Positions 1-11,619 of a stretch of 64,000 nt of DNA are shown in pieces. The DNA is from an uncultured Gemmatimonadaceae bacterium (lineage in GTDB: Bacteria; Gemmatimonadota; Gemmatimonadetes; Gemmatimonadales; Gemmatimonadaceae). Location of the stretch: assembly GCA_963829055.1 (NCBI GenBank), contig CAWHHI010000016.1, positions 32,001-96,000 of the forward strand. Direction: 5' to 3'. Made by a program: the position numbers and the translations under genes. Below the pieces are notes generated by a model. The model saw nothing but the letters and a program-made list of their open reading frames with translations. It was not told the DNA's origin and searched no databases. The first letter of the stretch is position 1. Each line of letters starts with the position of its first letter.

Positions 1-2451
1 CGTGACGCGCGCATCGCCGGGATCCAGCTCGCCGCGAGCGCGACAACGATCAACGTGACGCCCACGAGCACGAAGACGAACGGGTCTGTCGGTGACACGT
101 TGAAGAGCAGCGGCTTGACCCATTTGCCGGCCCAGAGCGCGATCCCCACGCCGATCGCGACGCCGATGATCGCGAGACGCAGCCCATCGGTCACCACCAG
201 GCGGATAACGTCGGTGGCCTGCGCGCCTAACGCACGTCGAACGCCCAACTCGTGCGTCCGCTGCGCCACGTTGTACGAAATGACGCTGTACAGCCCGATG
301 GCCGCGAGCACGAGCGCCAGCGCGCCGAACGCGACGAACATCGTTGCCCCGAGGTGCCACGAGCGCGTCTGTGAGCCAACGACCTCTCTGAACGGCGTGA
401 GTGTGATGTACGACGCTCCAGGCATTTCCTTCTGCAGGCGACGCCTGATGGCTTCTTTCAGCTTCACGGCGTCGCCGCGGGTGCGTACGACCAGCCCGCC
501 GTTCGTCGGGCTGAACTGCGCCGCCGACATGTAGTAGTAGTACCCCGAGTCCGCCGCGAGACCCTGTTCCTTGATGTTCTCGGCGATGCCGACCACGTAG
601 GTGCACGGCACCGTGTCGCCGCCGACCTTCATACACTGGCCAATCGGGTTCTTGCCTGGCCACAGGACTTTCCCCATCGCCTCGCTCACGACCGCGGCTC
701 GCGGCGCGTTCACCGCGTCTTCGATGCCGATCCCTCGGCCGGCTATGATGCGGGTGCCGAGGGTCGCGAAGTACTCGGGCGACACGGCATTCAAATCGAA
801 CTGCCCGAGCCGACTGACTGTGTCGATGCCTTCGACGAAGAGCGAATTGCTCCACATACTCCAGAACGGAATCGTCGCCTGAAGGCTCGCGTTCTGAACA
901 CCAGTGATGCCTTTCGCTGTTTCAAGGAGGCGTTGGCGCAGCGACACCGTACCTGCGCTGTCGAGTTTCACACCCCGCATGTTGAGTTCGACGAACAGTA
1001 CCGGATCGACGTCATAGCCGAGTCGAATGTTCTGCACGTTTCGGAGGCTGCGGACGAACAGTCCGGCGCCAACGAGCAGGATTACCGATAGCGTCGCCTG
1101 CAGCACGAGCAGGCCTATGCGTGCCTTGGAGCGATGGTAGGTTCCTTCGCGAGCGCCGGCCTTGAGATCGCCCGTGAGATCCGCGCGACCGGCTTGCAGA
1201 ATGGGCGCGAGCCCGGTCAGCAGCCCGACGACGATCGCGGCCGTGGCGGTGAACAGGACCGTGCGGGCGTCGTGGAGTCCGGACGCCGCCTCGCTCTTCT
1301 CCAGCAGCGTGGCGCGCAACGCGGTGCCACCCCAGTGAGCGACGAGCAGGCCCAGGCCGCCGCCTAACACGGCGAGCAGCATGCTCTCCGTGAGCAGCTG
1401 CGACAGCAGGCGGCCGCGGCTCACGCCGAGTGCGAGGCGGAGCGCGATTTCACGCCTGCGGCGCAGTGCACGGGCGAGCAGGAGGTTGGCGACGTTGGCG
1501 CACGCGATGAGAAGGACGATCACTGACACGCCGCCAACCCACGTCGCGACCTTCGCGACATTCGACGCGTTAGGGCCGCGCTCGGCCAGGATGGATCCGA
1601 TGATCGCGCGCGGGCGCATGACCTCGTTTGGCGACGTTCTCTTCTGCTCGACGCGTTGTGCGTCGAGGCTCTTGAGGTACGCGTTCGTGAGGTCGGCGTT
1701 CGCCGCGGCGATCGAGACACCCGGCTTCAGGCGCACCATCGTCGACATCCAACCCCAACTGTACGTCGTCCACCAGTTCGTCTTCGCCCTGAGGAAACCG
1801 GCAGCCGTTGCCGCGTAGCTCGTGAGCGGGATGAACGCCGCTGGTGGCTTGTCCGCCCACAGGCCAACGAACCTCGGGGGCGCGACCCCGATGATGGTGT
1901 AGATCGTGGGGCCGATCTGGATCTGCGCGCCGAGCGCGTCACGGCGGCCGCCGTACTGCATCTGCCACATCGTGTTGCTGAGCACTGCGACCGGCGTTCC
2001 CGGCGGGCGGACGATCCTCGCTCTCGAGGAAATAGCGGCCGAGTGCCGGCGGCGCGTCGAAGAAGCCGAAGAAGTTCGCGCTGACGATCCCGATGCTCAT
2101 CTCACGGGCGGCGTCGCCGACACCGACCGCGACGTCACGTTGCGTGTAGCCGGCAACGTCCGAAAACGCGTGCGTCCAGCGCACGAAATCGGCGTACCGC
2201 GCATACTGGCCGCCTCCCGACACGTTCTCCTTGCCCCGATACGTCTGGAACGTGTAGACCCGATGCGCCGTGGACGGGTCCTTCATCAGGGCCGGGGGCC
2301 GGAAGAGCAGCTGGTCCACGATGCCGAACATCGCGGCGTTCGCACCGATCCCGAGGCCGAGCGTCGCGATGACCGCGATCGCGAAAGCGGGCTTCAGACG
2401 AAGGCCGCGGATGGCGTACTTGAGATCGTGCTTCAGGTTGTCGAAGATCAT
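1..2451 (-). CDS. ABC transporter permease, duplicated MacB/FtsX (ADOP-type); one frameshift near 2000; 3' end runs off the window
   Basis: N-term MIFDNLKHDLKYAIRGLRLKPAFAIAVIATLGLGIGANAAMF; downstream frame has LLIACANVANLLLARA, RRREIALRLALG, RTHELGVRRALGA and ends ...AASWIPAMRASR at position 1; AGAGGG before the ATG. Confidence 0.9.
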
Positions 2452-2516
2452 ATCCCTCTGACACAGGCCGTCGAACAAGGGTTGTCGATTGCCGTCGGTC
2501 CACGAATTCCAAGCTC

Positions 2517-3927
2517 ATGACACTACGTACCGCAGCGACTGCCGCAACCTTCTGTGTCACCCTCTCGATTTCGGCTTCCGGCCAGGTTACCGGTCAGGCC
2601 GCCGTACTGAGCCGGATCGACTCCGTCGTCAAGGCTGAGATGAGTCGCCAGAAGATCCCGGGCGTCGCCGTCGCGATCGTCTCGAAGGGGACGGTGATGA
2701 TGGCGAAGGGCTACGGCGAGGCGAATGTCGAGCATCACGTCGCGGTCACGCCGGAGACGGTATTCGAGTCGGGGTCGGTCGGTAAGCAGTTCACATCGAC
2801 TGCCGTCATGTTGCTCGTCGAAGACGGGAAGATCGGACTCGAGGACCCGATCACGAAATATTTCCCGGACGCCCCCGCGAGCTGGGCTGGCATCACCGTT
2901 AGGCACCTGCTGACGCACACGTCCGGCATTCCTGATTACACGACGGACGCGATGGACTACCGTCGCGACTACACGGAAGACGAGCTGGCGAAGATGGCGT
3001 TCGGACTGAAACCCGAGTTCCCGCCGGGCTCGCGCTGGAACTACAGCAACACCGGGTACGTGTTGCTCGGCATCATCATTCACAAAGCGTCGGGGCAGTT
3101 CTACGGCGACGTGCTTCGCGACCGCGTGTTCGGGCCACTGCAGATGCGTACAGCCCGGATCATCAGCGAAGAAGACATCATCCCGAACCGTGCCGCGGGC
3201 TACCAGCTCGTAAAGGGTGCGCTCAAGAACCAGGAGTGGGTCGCGCCGATGTTGAACACCACGGCGGACGGCTCGCTCTACCTCTCGCTGCAGGACTACA
3301 TCGCGTGGGATCGTGGCCTGCGCGCAGGGAAGATCCTCAAGCCGGCGAGCTGGGCGACGGTCAACACGCCCGTGACGCTCACGAGCGGGAAGCACTACCC
3401 GTACGGCTTCGGGTGGAGCATCGACACGGTCGCAGGGCAGCTTCGCATTCACCACGGCGGCGCGTGGCAGGGATTCCAGACGTACATCTCGCGCTACCTG
3501 GGCGACGACATGACGATCGTCGCGCTCGCCAACCTTGGCGGCTCGCAGCCAGTGGCGATCGTGGATGGCGTCGCCGGCATTCTCGATCCGGCGCTCCGTG
3601 CGAAGCCGCTCGTGCCCATCGAGGATCGCGAGCCGGCGTTGCGGGCGCGGCTGGAGACGGTGCTGGCGGCTACGCGCGACGGGAAACTCTCGCCTAACGA
3701 CTTCGCGTACGTCCGCGCCGGATTCTTCCCGGCGTGCGGCCAAGGCCTATCAGGAGATGCTGAGCGGCGTCGGCACGCCGAACCGGGTGACGCTGCTCGA
3801 CCGAACGGTGCTCGGTGACGATCGCATCTCGGTCTACGACGTGGCGTACGGAGACAAGGTATTCCGCGTTCGCCTCGGACTCGCCCCAGATGACAGGGTG
3901 TCCGTGTTCACGATGCGGCGGCGATGA
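2517..3927 (+). CDS. Secreted serine hydrolase, beta-lactamase/AmpC family; frameshift near 3735
   Basis: Signal peptide; SxxK (GSVGKQF), LLTHTSG, YSN (WNYSNTGY), HGG motifs; C-terminus continues in ORF 3535..3927. Confidence 0.9.
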
Positions 3928-3934
3928 GGAACTG

Positions 3935-5494
3935 ATGCTGGTTGCCCCCTGGCACTTGCTCGTCGCGTTCGTGTCGGTCGCGGCGCCGCTGCGTGCTGCG
4001 CACGGACAGCCACCGCTACCATCGCCGCTATCGACCTCGTCGCAGGACGAGCCCATCGCCACCACCCGACACGCGGTGACGCTCGACGGGCGAACGCTCC
4101 AATACACGGCGCGCGCCGGTCGCATACCGATCCGCGACAACGAAGCAGGCGACGTGCATGGGCAGATGTTCTTCGTCTCGTACACGCTCGACCGCGTCGC
4201 GGGTACGGCGCCACGCCCATTGACGTTCGTGTGGAACGGCGGCCCCGGATCCAACTCGGCGCTCGTCCACCTCATTGGTTTCGGACCGAAGCGCATCGCG
4301 CCACCGCGCGGGGCCAGCGCCAGCGATGGGACGCGCTGGGTCGTCGAGCCGAATCCGGGCACGTGGCTCGACGAGACAGACCTCGTGTTCGTCGACCCGA
4401 TCGGCACCGGATATAGTCGGCCCACGCGCGCCGACTATGCGGGAGAGTTCTATCAGAACCGCGGTGATGCCGAATCGGTCGCGGAGTTCATTCGCGTGTA
4501 CCGCACGCGCTACGACGCGTTCGATGCGCCGCTGTTTCTCGCTGGCGAGAGCTTCGGCGTCACCCGGGCGGCGGGCGTCGCGGACGCACTCGAGAGTCGC
4601 GGCACCGAGGTGCGCGGCGTCATTCTGATGGGACTCGCGCTGCCGCTCGGCTCGGCGTCGAATGTGACGCGCATCGCGTTAGGCCTGCCGAGTCAGACGG
4701 TTGCGGCGTTTACGCATCGGAGGCTCGCACCGGAATTGCAGCGCGACATGGCCGCTACCGTCAAGCAGGTCGAGTCGTGGGCCGCGACGGACTACGCGCG
4801 CGCGCTCGCACGGCGCGACAGCCTCAGTCCAGCGGAGCGGGATTCAGTCACGCGAGCGCTCTCTCGATTTACCGGTCTCGCCGCATCGCTGATCGATCAG
4901 CGCACACTCGCCGTCGAAGACATGCAGTTCGCGACGCAATTGCTGCGGGGAGAAGGGAAGTTCGTTGGGCTCTACGACACGCGGAGGCTTGGTCCGCTCG
5001 ACACGACCGACGCGCCGTACGATCCGACCAAAGATCCGAGCCTGCTCAACCTGCTCGACGACGTCACTGTGCTGCGTTATCTGCGCGATGAGCTCGGGTA
5101 CCGGAACGATCTGAAGTACCAGGGTCCATTCGGCGGCGGGTATCCGCCGCCTACGACGTTTCGCGGTGACTGGATGTCTACGAAATGGCGGTGGGCTCCG
5201 GCGGACACCGCGCCAGCTACACAGCCGCCGCAGCAGCCGCTCGAGAGCGCGATGCGAGCGAACCCGTCGCTCCGCGTGTTGATCGGCTGCGGCATCTACG
5301 ATCTCGTCTGTGATTACTTCGGTAACGTGTGGAGGGCGAGCCACCTCGACGCGTCGCTCGCGCGAAACGTTGTCGCTCGCAGCTATCCGGGCGGTCACGC
5401 GATGTACACGGATCCGCGCGCGCACCTCGAGCTCAAGCGCGATGTCGTGCAGTTCATCCGTGATGCGGTAGCGTCGTCGGCGCGTCCGCGCTGA
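3935..5494 (+). CDS. Peptidase S10 family serine carboxypeptidase
   Basis: WNGGPGS, DLVFVDPIGTGYS, GESFG nucleophile, YPGGHAMY; signal peptide; GAGGA before the ATG. Confidence 0.9.
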   Translation: MLVAPWHLLVAFVSVAAPLRAAHGQPPLPSPLSTSSQDEPIATTRHAVTLDGRTLQYTARAGRIPIRDNEAGDVHGQMFFVSYTLDRVAGTAPRPLTFVWNGGPGSNSALVHLIGFGPKRIAPPRGASASDGTRWVVEPNPGTWLDETDLVFVDPIGTGYSRPTRADYAGEFYQNRGDAESVAEFIRVYRTRYDAFDAPLFLAGESFGVTRAAGVADALESRGTEVRGVILMGLALPLGSASNVTRIALGLPSQTVAAFTHRRLAPELQRDMAATVKQVESWAATDYARALARRDSLSPAERDSVTRALSRFTGLAASLIDQRTLAVEDMQFATQLLRGEGKFVGLYDTRRLGPLDTTDAPYDPTKDPSLLNLLDDVTVLRYLRDELGYRNDLKYQGPFGGGYPPPTTFRGDWMSTKWRWAPADTAPATQPPQQPLESAMRANPSLRVLIGCGIYDLVCDYFGNVWRASHLDASLARNVVARSYPGGHAMYTDPRAHLELKRDVVQFIRDAVASSARPR

Positions 5495-7031
5495 TGGTGC
5501 GACAGCGACGACTCCTGCGGGCTGGGCAATGCGTCGTGTTGCTGATCGGCGCAGCTGTGTTGCTGGCGACAGGCAAAGTCAGCGCTCAGGCCGACACCGT
5601 TCCAGGTGTCGCAACGCCGATCGTCACGACGCATCACCGCATCGCGCTCGCCGGGAAGTCAATCGCGTACACGGCGCGCGCAGGCATGATTCCCATCCGG
5701 CACAACGAGACCGGTGAGGCGCGCGGCTACATCTTCTTCGTGTCGTACAGTGTCGACCGTCCGAACGGCCGGCCGCCGCGACCGCTGACGTTCGCCTGGA
5801 ATGGCGGGCCTGGTTCGAACTCGCTGCTCCTGCACCTCGACGCGTTAGGCCCGCGACGGCTGGACGCCGGCGATGGCGTGACGCCGAGCAGGCCGCCAGC
5901 GTTCGAGGACAATCAGGCGACATGGCTCGATCAGACGGACCTGGTGTTCGTCGATCCCATCGGCACAGGCTTCAGTCGTGCCGCGCGGCCCGAGATCGCG
6001 CAGGACTTCTACGGAGTGCTGGGCGACATCGCCGCGACGGTGGAGTTCATCCGCGCGTATCGGACGCGCTTCGACGCGTGGGACGCGCCCGTGTATCTCG
6101 CCGGTGAGAGCTACGGCGTCTGGCGCGCCGCCGGCGCCGCCGAGGCGATGGAGAAGGGCGGCCAGCGCGTCGCGGGGCTCGTGCTCATATCCGGCGGTAT
6201 TCCCCTCGGGCCACTCGCCTCGGACGATGAGCGCGCGGCGTTGTTCATTCCAACACGAACGGCGTCGGCATTCTATCACCGCGCGTTGCCCGCCGACCTG
6301 CAAGGCGATCGCGCACGCGCCCTGGCGGAAAGCGAACGCTGGGCGAAAGAGGTCTATGCGCCGGCACTCGCGCGTCGTGACTCATTGAGCGAGACGGAGC
6401 GGGCGGCAATCATCGCGCAGCTGTCGCGATTCACCGGGTTGGACGCGCGTCTCATCGACAGGAAGTCGCTCGTCGTCGACCGACAGTTCCTGCTCGATCA
6501 CCTGCTCCGCGATCGCGGGCAGGGGACGTTAGGCAGGTTCGATACCCGACAGATTGGAGGCCGCACCTGCGACCGAACGTGCGGTGGAGGCAAAGCGCCG
6601 CGCACTGATCAACCGCTACCTTCGCCGCGAGCTCGGCTTCACCACGGACCTCGTCTACCAGGGGCTCGAGGTCGGCTATTCGTCGTCGCCCAACCCCGAG
6701 AGCGTCGGCGCGCGGTGGCAGTACGACCAGGGTGATCCTACCGTGCCTCTCGTCGTTCGCAACACCGACGGGCCGCCCGGCGGAACTCCACCGTGGCTCC
6801 GCCGCGCGATGGCCATCGACACGTCGCTTCGTGCGTTTGTCGCGACGGGCATCTACGATTCGCTGAACAGTTGCGCGGGCGAACGACTACGTGCTGAGCC
6901 GGCTCCCCGCGACTGACGCCCGGCGGATCACGTTCCGCTGCTACGAGGGCGGACACATGATGTACGAGGACCGCGACGCCCGGTTCAAGCTTCAGCGGGA
7001 CATCGCGCGGTTCTATGCGGGGGATCGTTAA
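5494..7031 (+). CDS. Second peptidase S10 family carboxypeptidase; frameshifts near 6555 and 6880
   Basis: WNGGPGS, DPIGTGFS, GESYG; last frame reads FRCYEGGHMMYEDRDARFKLQRDIARFYAGDR*. Confidence 0.85.
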
Positions 7032-7107
7032 CCGTTCCCGCATCTCAGACGAAGGGGCGAACGGATTGCTCTGATCTTGCGGATGACCGCCTGGCGAGCG
7101 CTGGATC

Positions 7108-8491
7108 TCATCGGGCTGGACGCACCAGCTCCGGCTGCTCCTGGAGTAGCGACGCAATGGTCTCGAGCGCGGTGGTGAGCGCAGCGTGGCTCGTGGCCGA
7201 GCCCAGGCTCACACGCACCGCACGCGATGGGTGCGTCGGGTCCACCGCGAACGCGTCACCACTTGCGACGAGCACGCCACGGCGGCGCAGGGCTTCCACG
7301 AAGTCCGACGCGCGGTCCCACTGACGCGGGAGCTCGAGCCAGTGGTGCAGGGCGTAGGGTGACCCCGCGCTCCGCGGCAATCCGAGCTGCGCGTGAAGGA
7401 TTGTTTGTCGCGCCTGCGACTCCGTGCGGCGCTCGGCGACGATCTTCGTGGCGTCGCCATTCGTGATCCAGCGTGACGCGATCTCCGTCATGAGCGGGGC
7501 GGCGAGCCAGCCCGTCGCCTGCAGGTGCGGCGAGAGCTTCACCGCGAGGGCGGGCGTGGGTGCGACCACGTACGCAGTACGCAGCGCTGGTGTGACGGAC
7601 TTCGAGAAGCTGCTGACGTAGTACGAAAGCTCCGGCAGCAGCGAGGCGAGCGGGCGCGGCGCGTCCGGCACGAGCGGGGCGTACGTGCCGTCTTCGACGA
7701 GCCCCACGCCGCGCTCGCGCAGGATGGCGGCGACGCGACGTCGGCGTCCGACGGACATCACCGACGTCGTCGGATTCTGCAGCGTCGGCGTCGCGAGCAG
7801 CAGCTTCGGGCGATGCACTCGGCAAGCGTGCGCGAGCTCTTCAGGCACGAGCCCGTCGCGATCGAGTCCCACGCCGACGGTGCGTAGACGGAGCAAGCGA
7901 GCAGCCGCCAGGAAGCCCGGATATGTGTGTGCCTCGGTGAGCACCACATCGCCCGGCTCACAGTGGGCAGACAGGACGGAGGTCAGCGCCTGTTGCGCCC
8001 CACCACAGACGGCAAGGCGATCGACCGATGCCGTGATGCCATGCGACGCGCACCACGCGACCCCAGCCTCGCGATGTTCGACGCTGCCGCCCACGGGCGC
8101 GTACGCCAGCAGGGCCGCGAGGGTAGGGGAGCGCCCGATGTCCGCCAGCGAGCGTCGCATCGCGGCGTCGCACGTATCGCTCGGTTCAGGCGGCAGGTTC
8201 ACCGTGAGATCGACGAGCGGAGCGGCGGTGCGCGTCGCGGGCGATGGGCGTGCTCCGCGGACGTACGTACCACGGCCCACATGACCGACGACGAGCCCGC
8301 GACGGCGCGCTTCCGCTGTACGCGCGCGAGACCGTCGTGACATCCACGCCGAGGGTCGCGGCGAGCGCGCGATGCGTGGGCAGTCGAGTGCCGGCGGCGA
8401 GCCGACCGGATTCCGCGTCGTCGGCGATCGCGTCCGCGATGGCGGCGTAGAGCGGTTGTGTGTCGGCGGGGAGCCGAGGGGTCCACGTCAT
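7108..8491 (-). CDS. MocR/GabR-type GntR regulator (wHTH + PLP aminotransferase domain); frameshift near 8318
   Basis: wHTH LYAAIADAIADD..GRLAAGTRLPTHRALAATLGVDVTTVSRAY in ORF 8186..8560 joins GRGTYV...PTLQNPT...SFSKSVTPALR in ORF 7108..8343. Confidence 0.9.
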
Positions 8492-8509
8492 GTGCGGCTG
8501 GGCTGGATG

Positions 8510-8553
8510 CATACAACTCGCGATCCATACAAGAAGAACAGAAAACCATACAA
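8510..8553. promoter_or_regulatory. Three direct CATACAA repeats in the divergent promoter, candidate MocR-family operator
   Basis: CATACAA at 8510, 8526 and 8547 in an AT-rich spacer between regulator and decarboxylase. Confidence 0.6.
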
Positions 8554-8629
8554 TTTGCAAGCAATCGGAGCATTGTCTACGTTGCGTGCATTACTCGCTT
8601 CTCCTCTGAATCGCCGTCCCGAGGACCCG

Positions 8630-10138
8630 ATGACTTCCATGTTCACCCCTGCCGCACATACCCCGACCGACGCGACCGCGCCTTCCGAGTCGGATGTCGT
8701 TCCGCGCGAGCGCTCGCTCGATCCCGAGAACTGGGACACCATGCGCGCGCTCGGTCATCGCATGATCGACGACATGTTCGCGTACCTCACGACGATAGGC
8801 GATGGGCCCGTCTGGCAGCCGCCGACGGAACGCGCGCGCGAGAGCTACCGCGCCGCGCTCCCCCACTCAGCGACGGCGCCGGAACGCATCTACGAGGAGT
8901 ATCAGCAGAACGTGCTTCCCCATCTCATCGGCAACGCGCACCCGCGTTTCTGGGGCTGGGTGACAGGAACGGGAACGCCGCTCGGCATGCTCGCCGATCT
9001 GTTGGCCTCGGGCACGAACGCGCACGCGGCGTTCGGTGACCAATCCGCGACGCACCTCGAGCGGCAGGTCATTAGCTGGTTCACGACGCTGTTCGCGATG
9101 CCCGAGACGGCTGGCGGGTTGCTGGTGTCGAGCGGATCGACGGCGAATCTCACGGCGCTCACCGCGGCGCGCGACGCGATGGTGCCCGGGTTTCTCCAGG
9201 ACGGGAACGCGGGAGCGCCGTGCGTCGTGTACGCGTCGGATGAGGTGCACAACTCCGTCGATAAAGCCGTCGGAATGATCGGACTGGGACGACGAAACGT
9301 TCATCGCGTGGCGACGGACGACGACTATCGCATCGTGCCGGCCGCGCTCGAGCGGGCGATCGCGGAAGATCGTGCGGCTGGTCGCCGGCCGATCTGCATC
9401 ATCGCGACGGCGGGCACCGTGAACACTGGCGCGATCGATGATCTCGAGGCGCTCGCCGCGATCGCCAGGCGAGAGAAGCTGTGGCTCCACGTCGACGGCG
9501 CGTTCGGCGCTTCACTCATTGTCTCATTGCAACTGCGCCATCTCCTGCGCGGGATTGAGCTTGCGGACTCCATCGCGTTCGATTTTCACAAGTGGTTCTA
9601 CGTTCCGTACGACGTCGGCTGCACGCTCGTGCGAGACGAGCGGCATCTGCGCGACTCGTTCTCGCCGCCGGCGGCGTATCTCGCGAAGCTCGATCGTGGT
9701 GTGGTGGGTGGTGGCGTCTCGTACGGTGGACTCGGCGCCGATCTGTCGCGCCGGTTTCGCGCGCTCAAGGTGTGGATGAGCTTCAAGGAGCACGGCGCTG
9801 ACCGATACGGTGAGCAGATCGAGCAGAACGTCGCGCAGGCGAAGTATCTCGCGGGTCTCATCGAGCGTGCGCCGGAGTTGGAGCTCGCCGCACCGGTCCC
9901 GCTCAACATCGTCTGCTTCCGCTACGTTGGCGGCCAGCGCTCCGCCGAAGATGGCGACACCGTCACCCGCGAAATCCTGATGCGTCTCCAGGAACGCGGC
10001 ATCGCGGTGCCATCATCGACGGTGCTCGACGGGCGCTTCGCGATTCGCGTCGCGATCTGTAATCACCGCAGCACGCGCGCGGACTTCGACGCGCTCGTGG
10101 CAGCGGTCCTGGCGATCGGCGCTGAATTGCGACGGTGA
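8630..10138 (+). CDS. Group II PLP-dependent decarboxylase (aromatic-L-amino-acid decarboxylase-like)
   Basis: HPRFWGW, ATAGTVNTGAIDDL, WLHVDGAFG, SIAFDFHKW (PLP Lys), SRRFRALKVW; GAGGA RBS. Confidence 0.9.
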   Translation: MTSMFTPAAHTPTDATAPSESDVVPRERSLDPENWDTMRALGHRMIDDMFAYLTTIGDGPVWQPPTERARESYRAALPHSATAPERIYEEYQQNVLPHLIGNAHPRFWGWVTGTGTPLGMLADLLASGTNAHAAFGDQSATHLERQVISWFTTLFAMPETAGGLLVSSGSTANLTALTAARDAMVPGFLQDGNAGAPCVVYASDEVHNSVDKAVGMIGLGRRNVHRVATDDDYRIVPAALERAIAEDRAAGRRPICIIATAGTVNTGAIDDLEALAAIARREKLWLHVDGAFGASLIVSLQLRHLLRGIELADSIAFDFHKWFYVPYDVGCTLVRDERHLRDSFSPPAAYLAKLDRGVVGGGVSYGGLGADLSRRFRALKVWMSFKEHGADRYGEQIEQNVAQAKYLAGLIERAPELELAAPVPLNIVCFRYVGGQRSAEDGDTVTREILMRLQERGIAVPSSTVLDGRFAIRVAICNHRSTRADFDALVAAVLAIGAELRR

Positions 10139-10163
10139 CAGTAGTGCCGCTCGTGCTGCTCGG

Positions 10164-11003
10164 TTACCGAGCGGCGCGGGCGGCGGCGACGATCTCGTCT
10201 CGCATTGCCGCGTCAGGCATCGGCTCGTACGCTGCGCGCATGTTGTCGCGCAGGTGGTCGACCTTCGATGTTGCCGGTATGACGCACGTGACCGCCGGGT
10301 GCGAGATCACGAACTTCAGCAGCAGCTGCGCCCACGTGGAGCAGCCGATGTCGGCCGCCAGGCCAGGTAGGGGTTTGCCGCTCAGCCTGCCTAACACGTT
10401 CCCGCCACCGAACGGTCGGTTTACGATGACCGCAATGCCCCGCTCGGCCGCGAGCGGCAGGATCGTGCGGTCCGCCTCGCGTTCGGCGACCGAGTAGTTG
10501 ATCTGCACGAAGTCGACGGGTTCCGCCTCGAGAACGCGAGCCACGTCGTCATGGTGCCCCGCGGTATAGTGCGTCACGCCGACGTAGCGGACGCGTCCCG
10601 CTTCTCGCCAGGCGCGGATGGTTTCGAGGTGAGTCTGCACGTCGACCAGGTTGTGCACCTGCATGAGGTCGACTTGTTGGACGTGCAGCTTTTTCATCGA
10701 CTGCTCCATCTGGTCGGCGCCGCGCTTCTTGCCTGACGTCCACACTTTCGTGGCGACGAAGAGACGGTCGCGGACGCCGAGCTTCGCCATGAGATCGCCG
10801 ATCACTTCTTCGGACCGCCCGTACATGGGAGATGTGTCGATCATACCACCCGGGATTGTGGCGAATTCCGAGAGGCACGTCTCTAGCGTTTCGCGATCGG
10901 CGGCGCCGCGACCGACGTCGAACGTCTGCCAGGTGCCTAGTCCGAGAACCGGAATCGTTTCGCCCGACGACGGGATGGTGCGGGACAATGGTGAGGGTTC
11001 CAT
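10164..11003 (-). CDS. Aldo/keto reductase
   Basis: LGLGTWQTF, IDTSPMYG, ATKVW, DLMQVHN, IPATSKVDHLRDN. Confidence 0.92.
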   Translation of the reverse strand: MEPSPLSRTIPSSGETIPVLGLGTWQTFDVGRGAADRETLETCLSEFATIPGGMIDTSPMYGRSEEVIGDLMAKLGVRDRLFVATKVWTSGKKRGADQMEQSMKKLHVQQVDLMQVHNLVDVQTHLETIRAWREAGRVRYVGVTHYTAGHHDDVARVLEAEPVDFVQINYSVAEREADRTILPLAAERGIAVIVNRPFGGGNVLGRLSGKPLPGLAADIGCSTWAQLLLKFVISHPAVTCVIPATSKVDHLRDNMRAAYEPMPDAAMRDEIVAAARAAR

Positions 11004-11072
11004 GCGTCCAGGTTACGTGGTGTATCTCGATGTGACATAGGATGTCGGTGCATTGGCTCTGGCGCTGGTATC

Positions 11073-11417
11073 GTGCCACGTATTCCAACCGGGGCGTATT
11101 TGACTCTATCGACACCGTACTCCGAGTGTCTGGCGCGAGTGCGGTCAGTACTCGTGTTCTTCGCCGCCATCGGCCGGGCGAACGCTGCGGTGCTGGCGGA
11201 GCTGGAATCCGAGGTGAGGTCCACGGTGGAGACGGCGCGCGCGGCCGGCCTCGAGAGCGAAGAGGTGGTTGCGGATCTCGATCGGCTGGCCACAACGACC
11301 TTACCGGCATCCGCCGCCGCCTCGGCGTCCCGGACGATGCGCGGCTGGATCGCCAACGGAGCAGAGCGGCCGAATGCGAACAATTTAACGAGTGGTGGCG
11401 ATGAGCTCACCGCCTGA
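11073..11417 (+). CDS. Hypothetical small helical protein (start uncertain)
   Basis: Only ORF here with protein-like composition; no motif recognised. Confidence 0.35.
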   Translation: MPRIPTGAYLTLSTPYSECLARVRSVLVFFAAIGRANAAVLAELESEVRSTVETARAAGLESEEVVADLDRLATTTLPASAAASASRTMRGWIANGAERPNANNLTSGGDELTA

Positions 11418-11619
11418 GGATCGGCGACCGCTCATGCAGGCAGGCTGCGACGCATCTGCCTGACGAGTGCGGTAGCGGTATCCGGTAACGCCTCCGTTTC
11501 GCGACTCATCACATTGGGCTGGTCGCAACGGGCGAAAACAACGGTTGTTTCGGGAGCGTCGTTCATGATCCCCGTTACCCCGTTTCCGCACCGTGCCCAT
11601 AGCGCCGTCGCTGCCACCG

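Noticed and set aside
2517..3927. Antibiotic-resistance beta-lactamase
   Set aside because: Motifs define only the broad serine-hydrolase family; peptidase context and no mobile-element association
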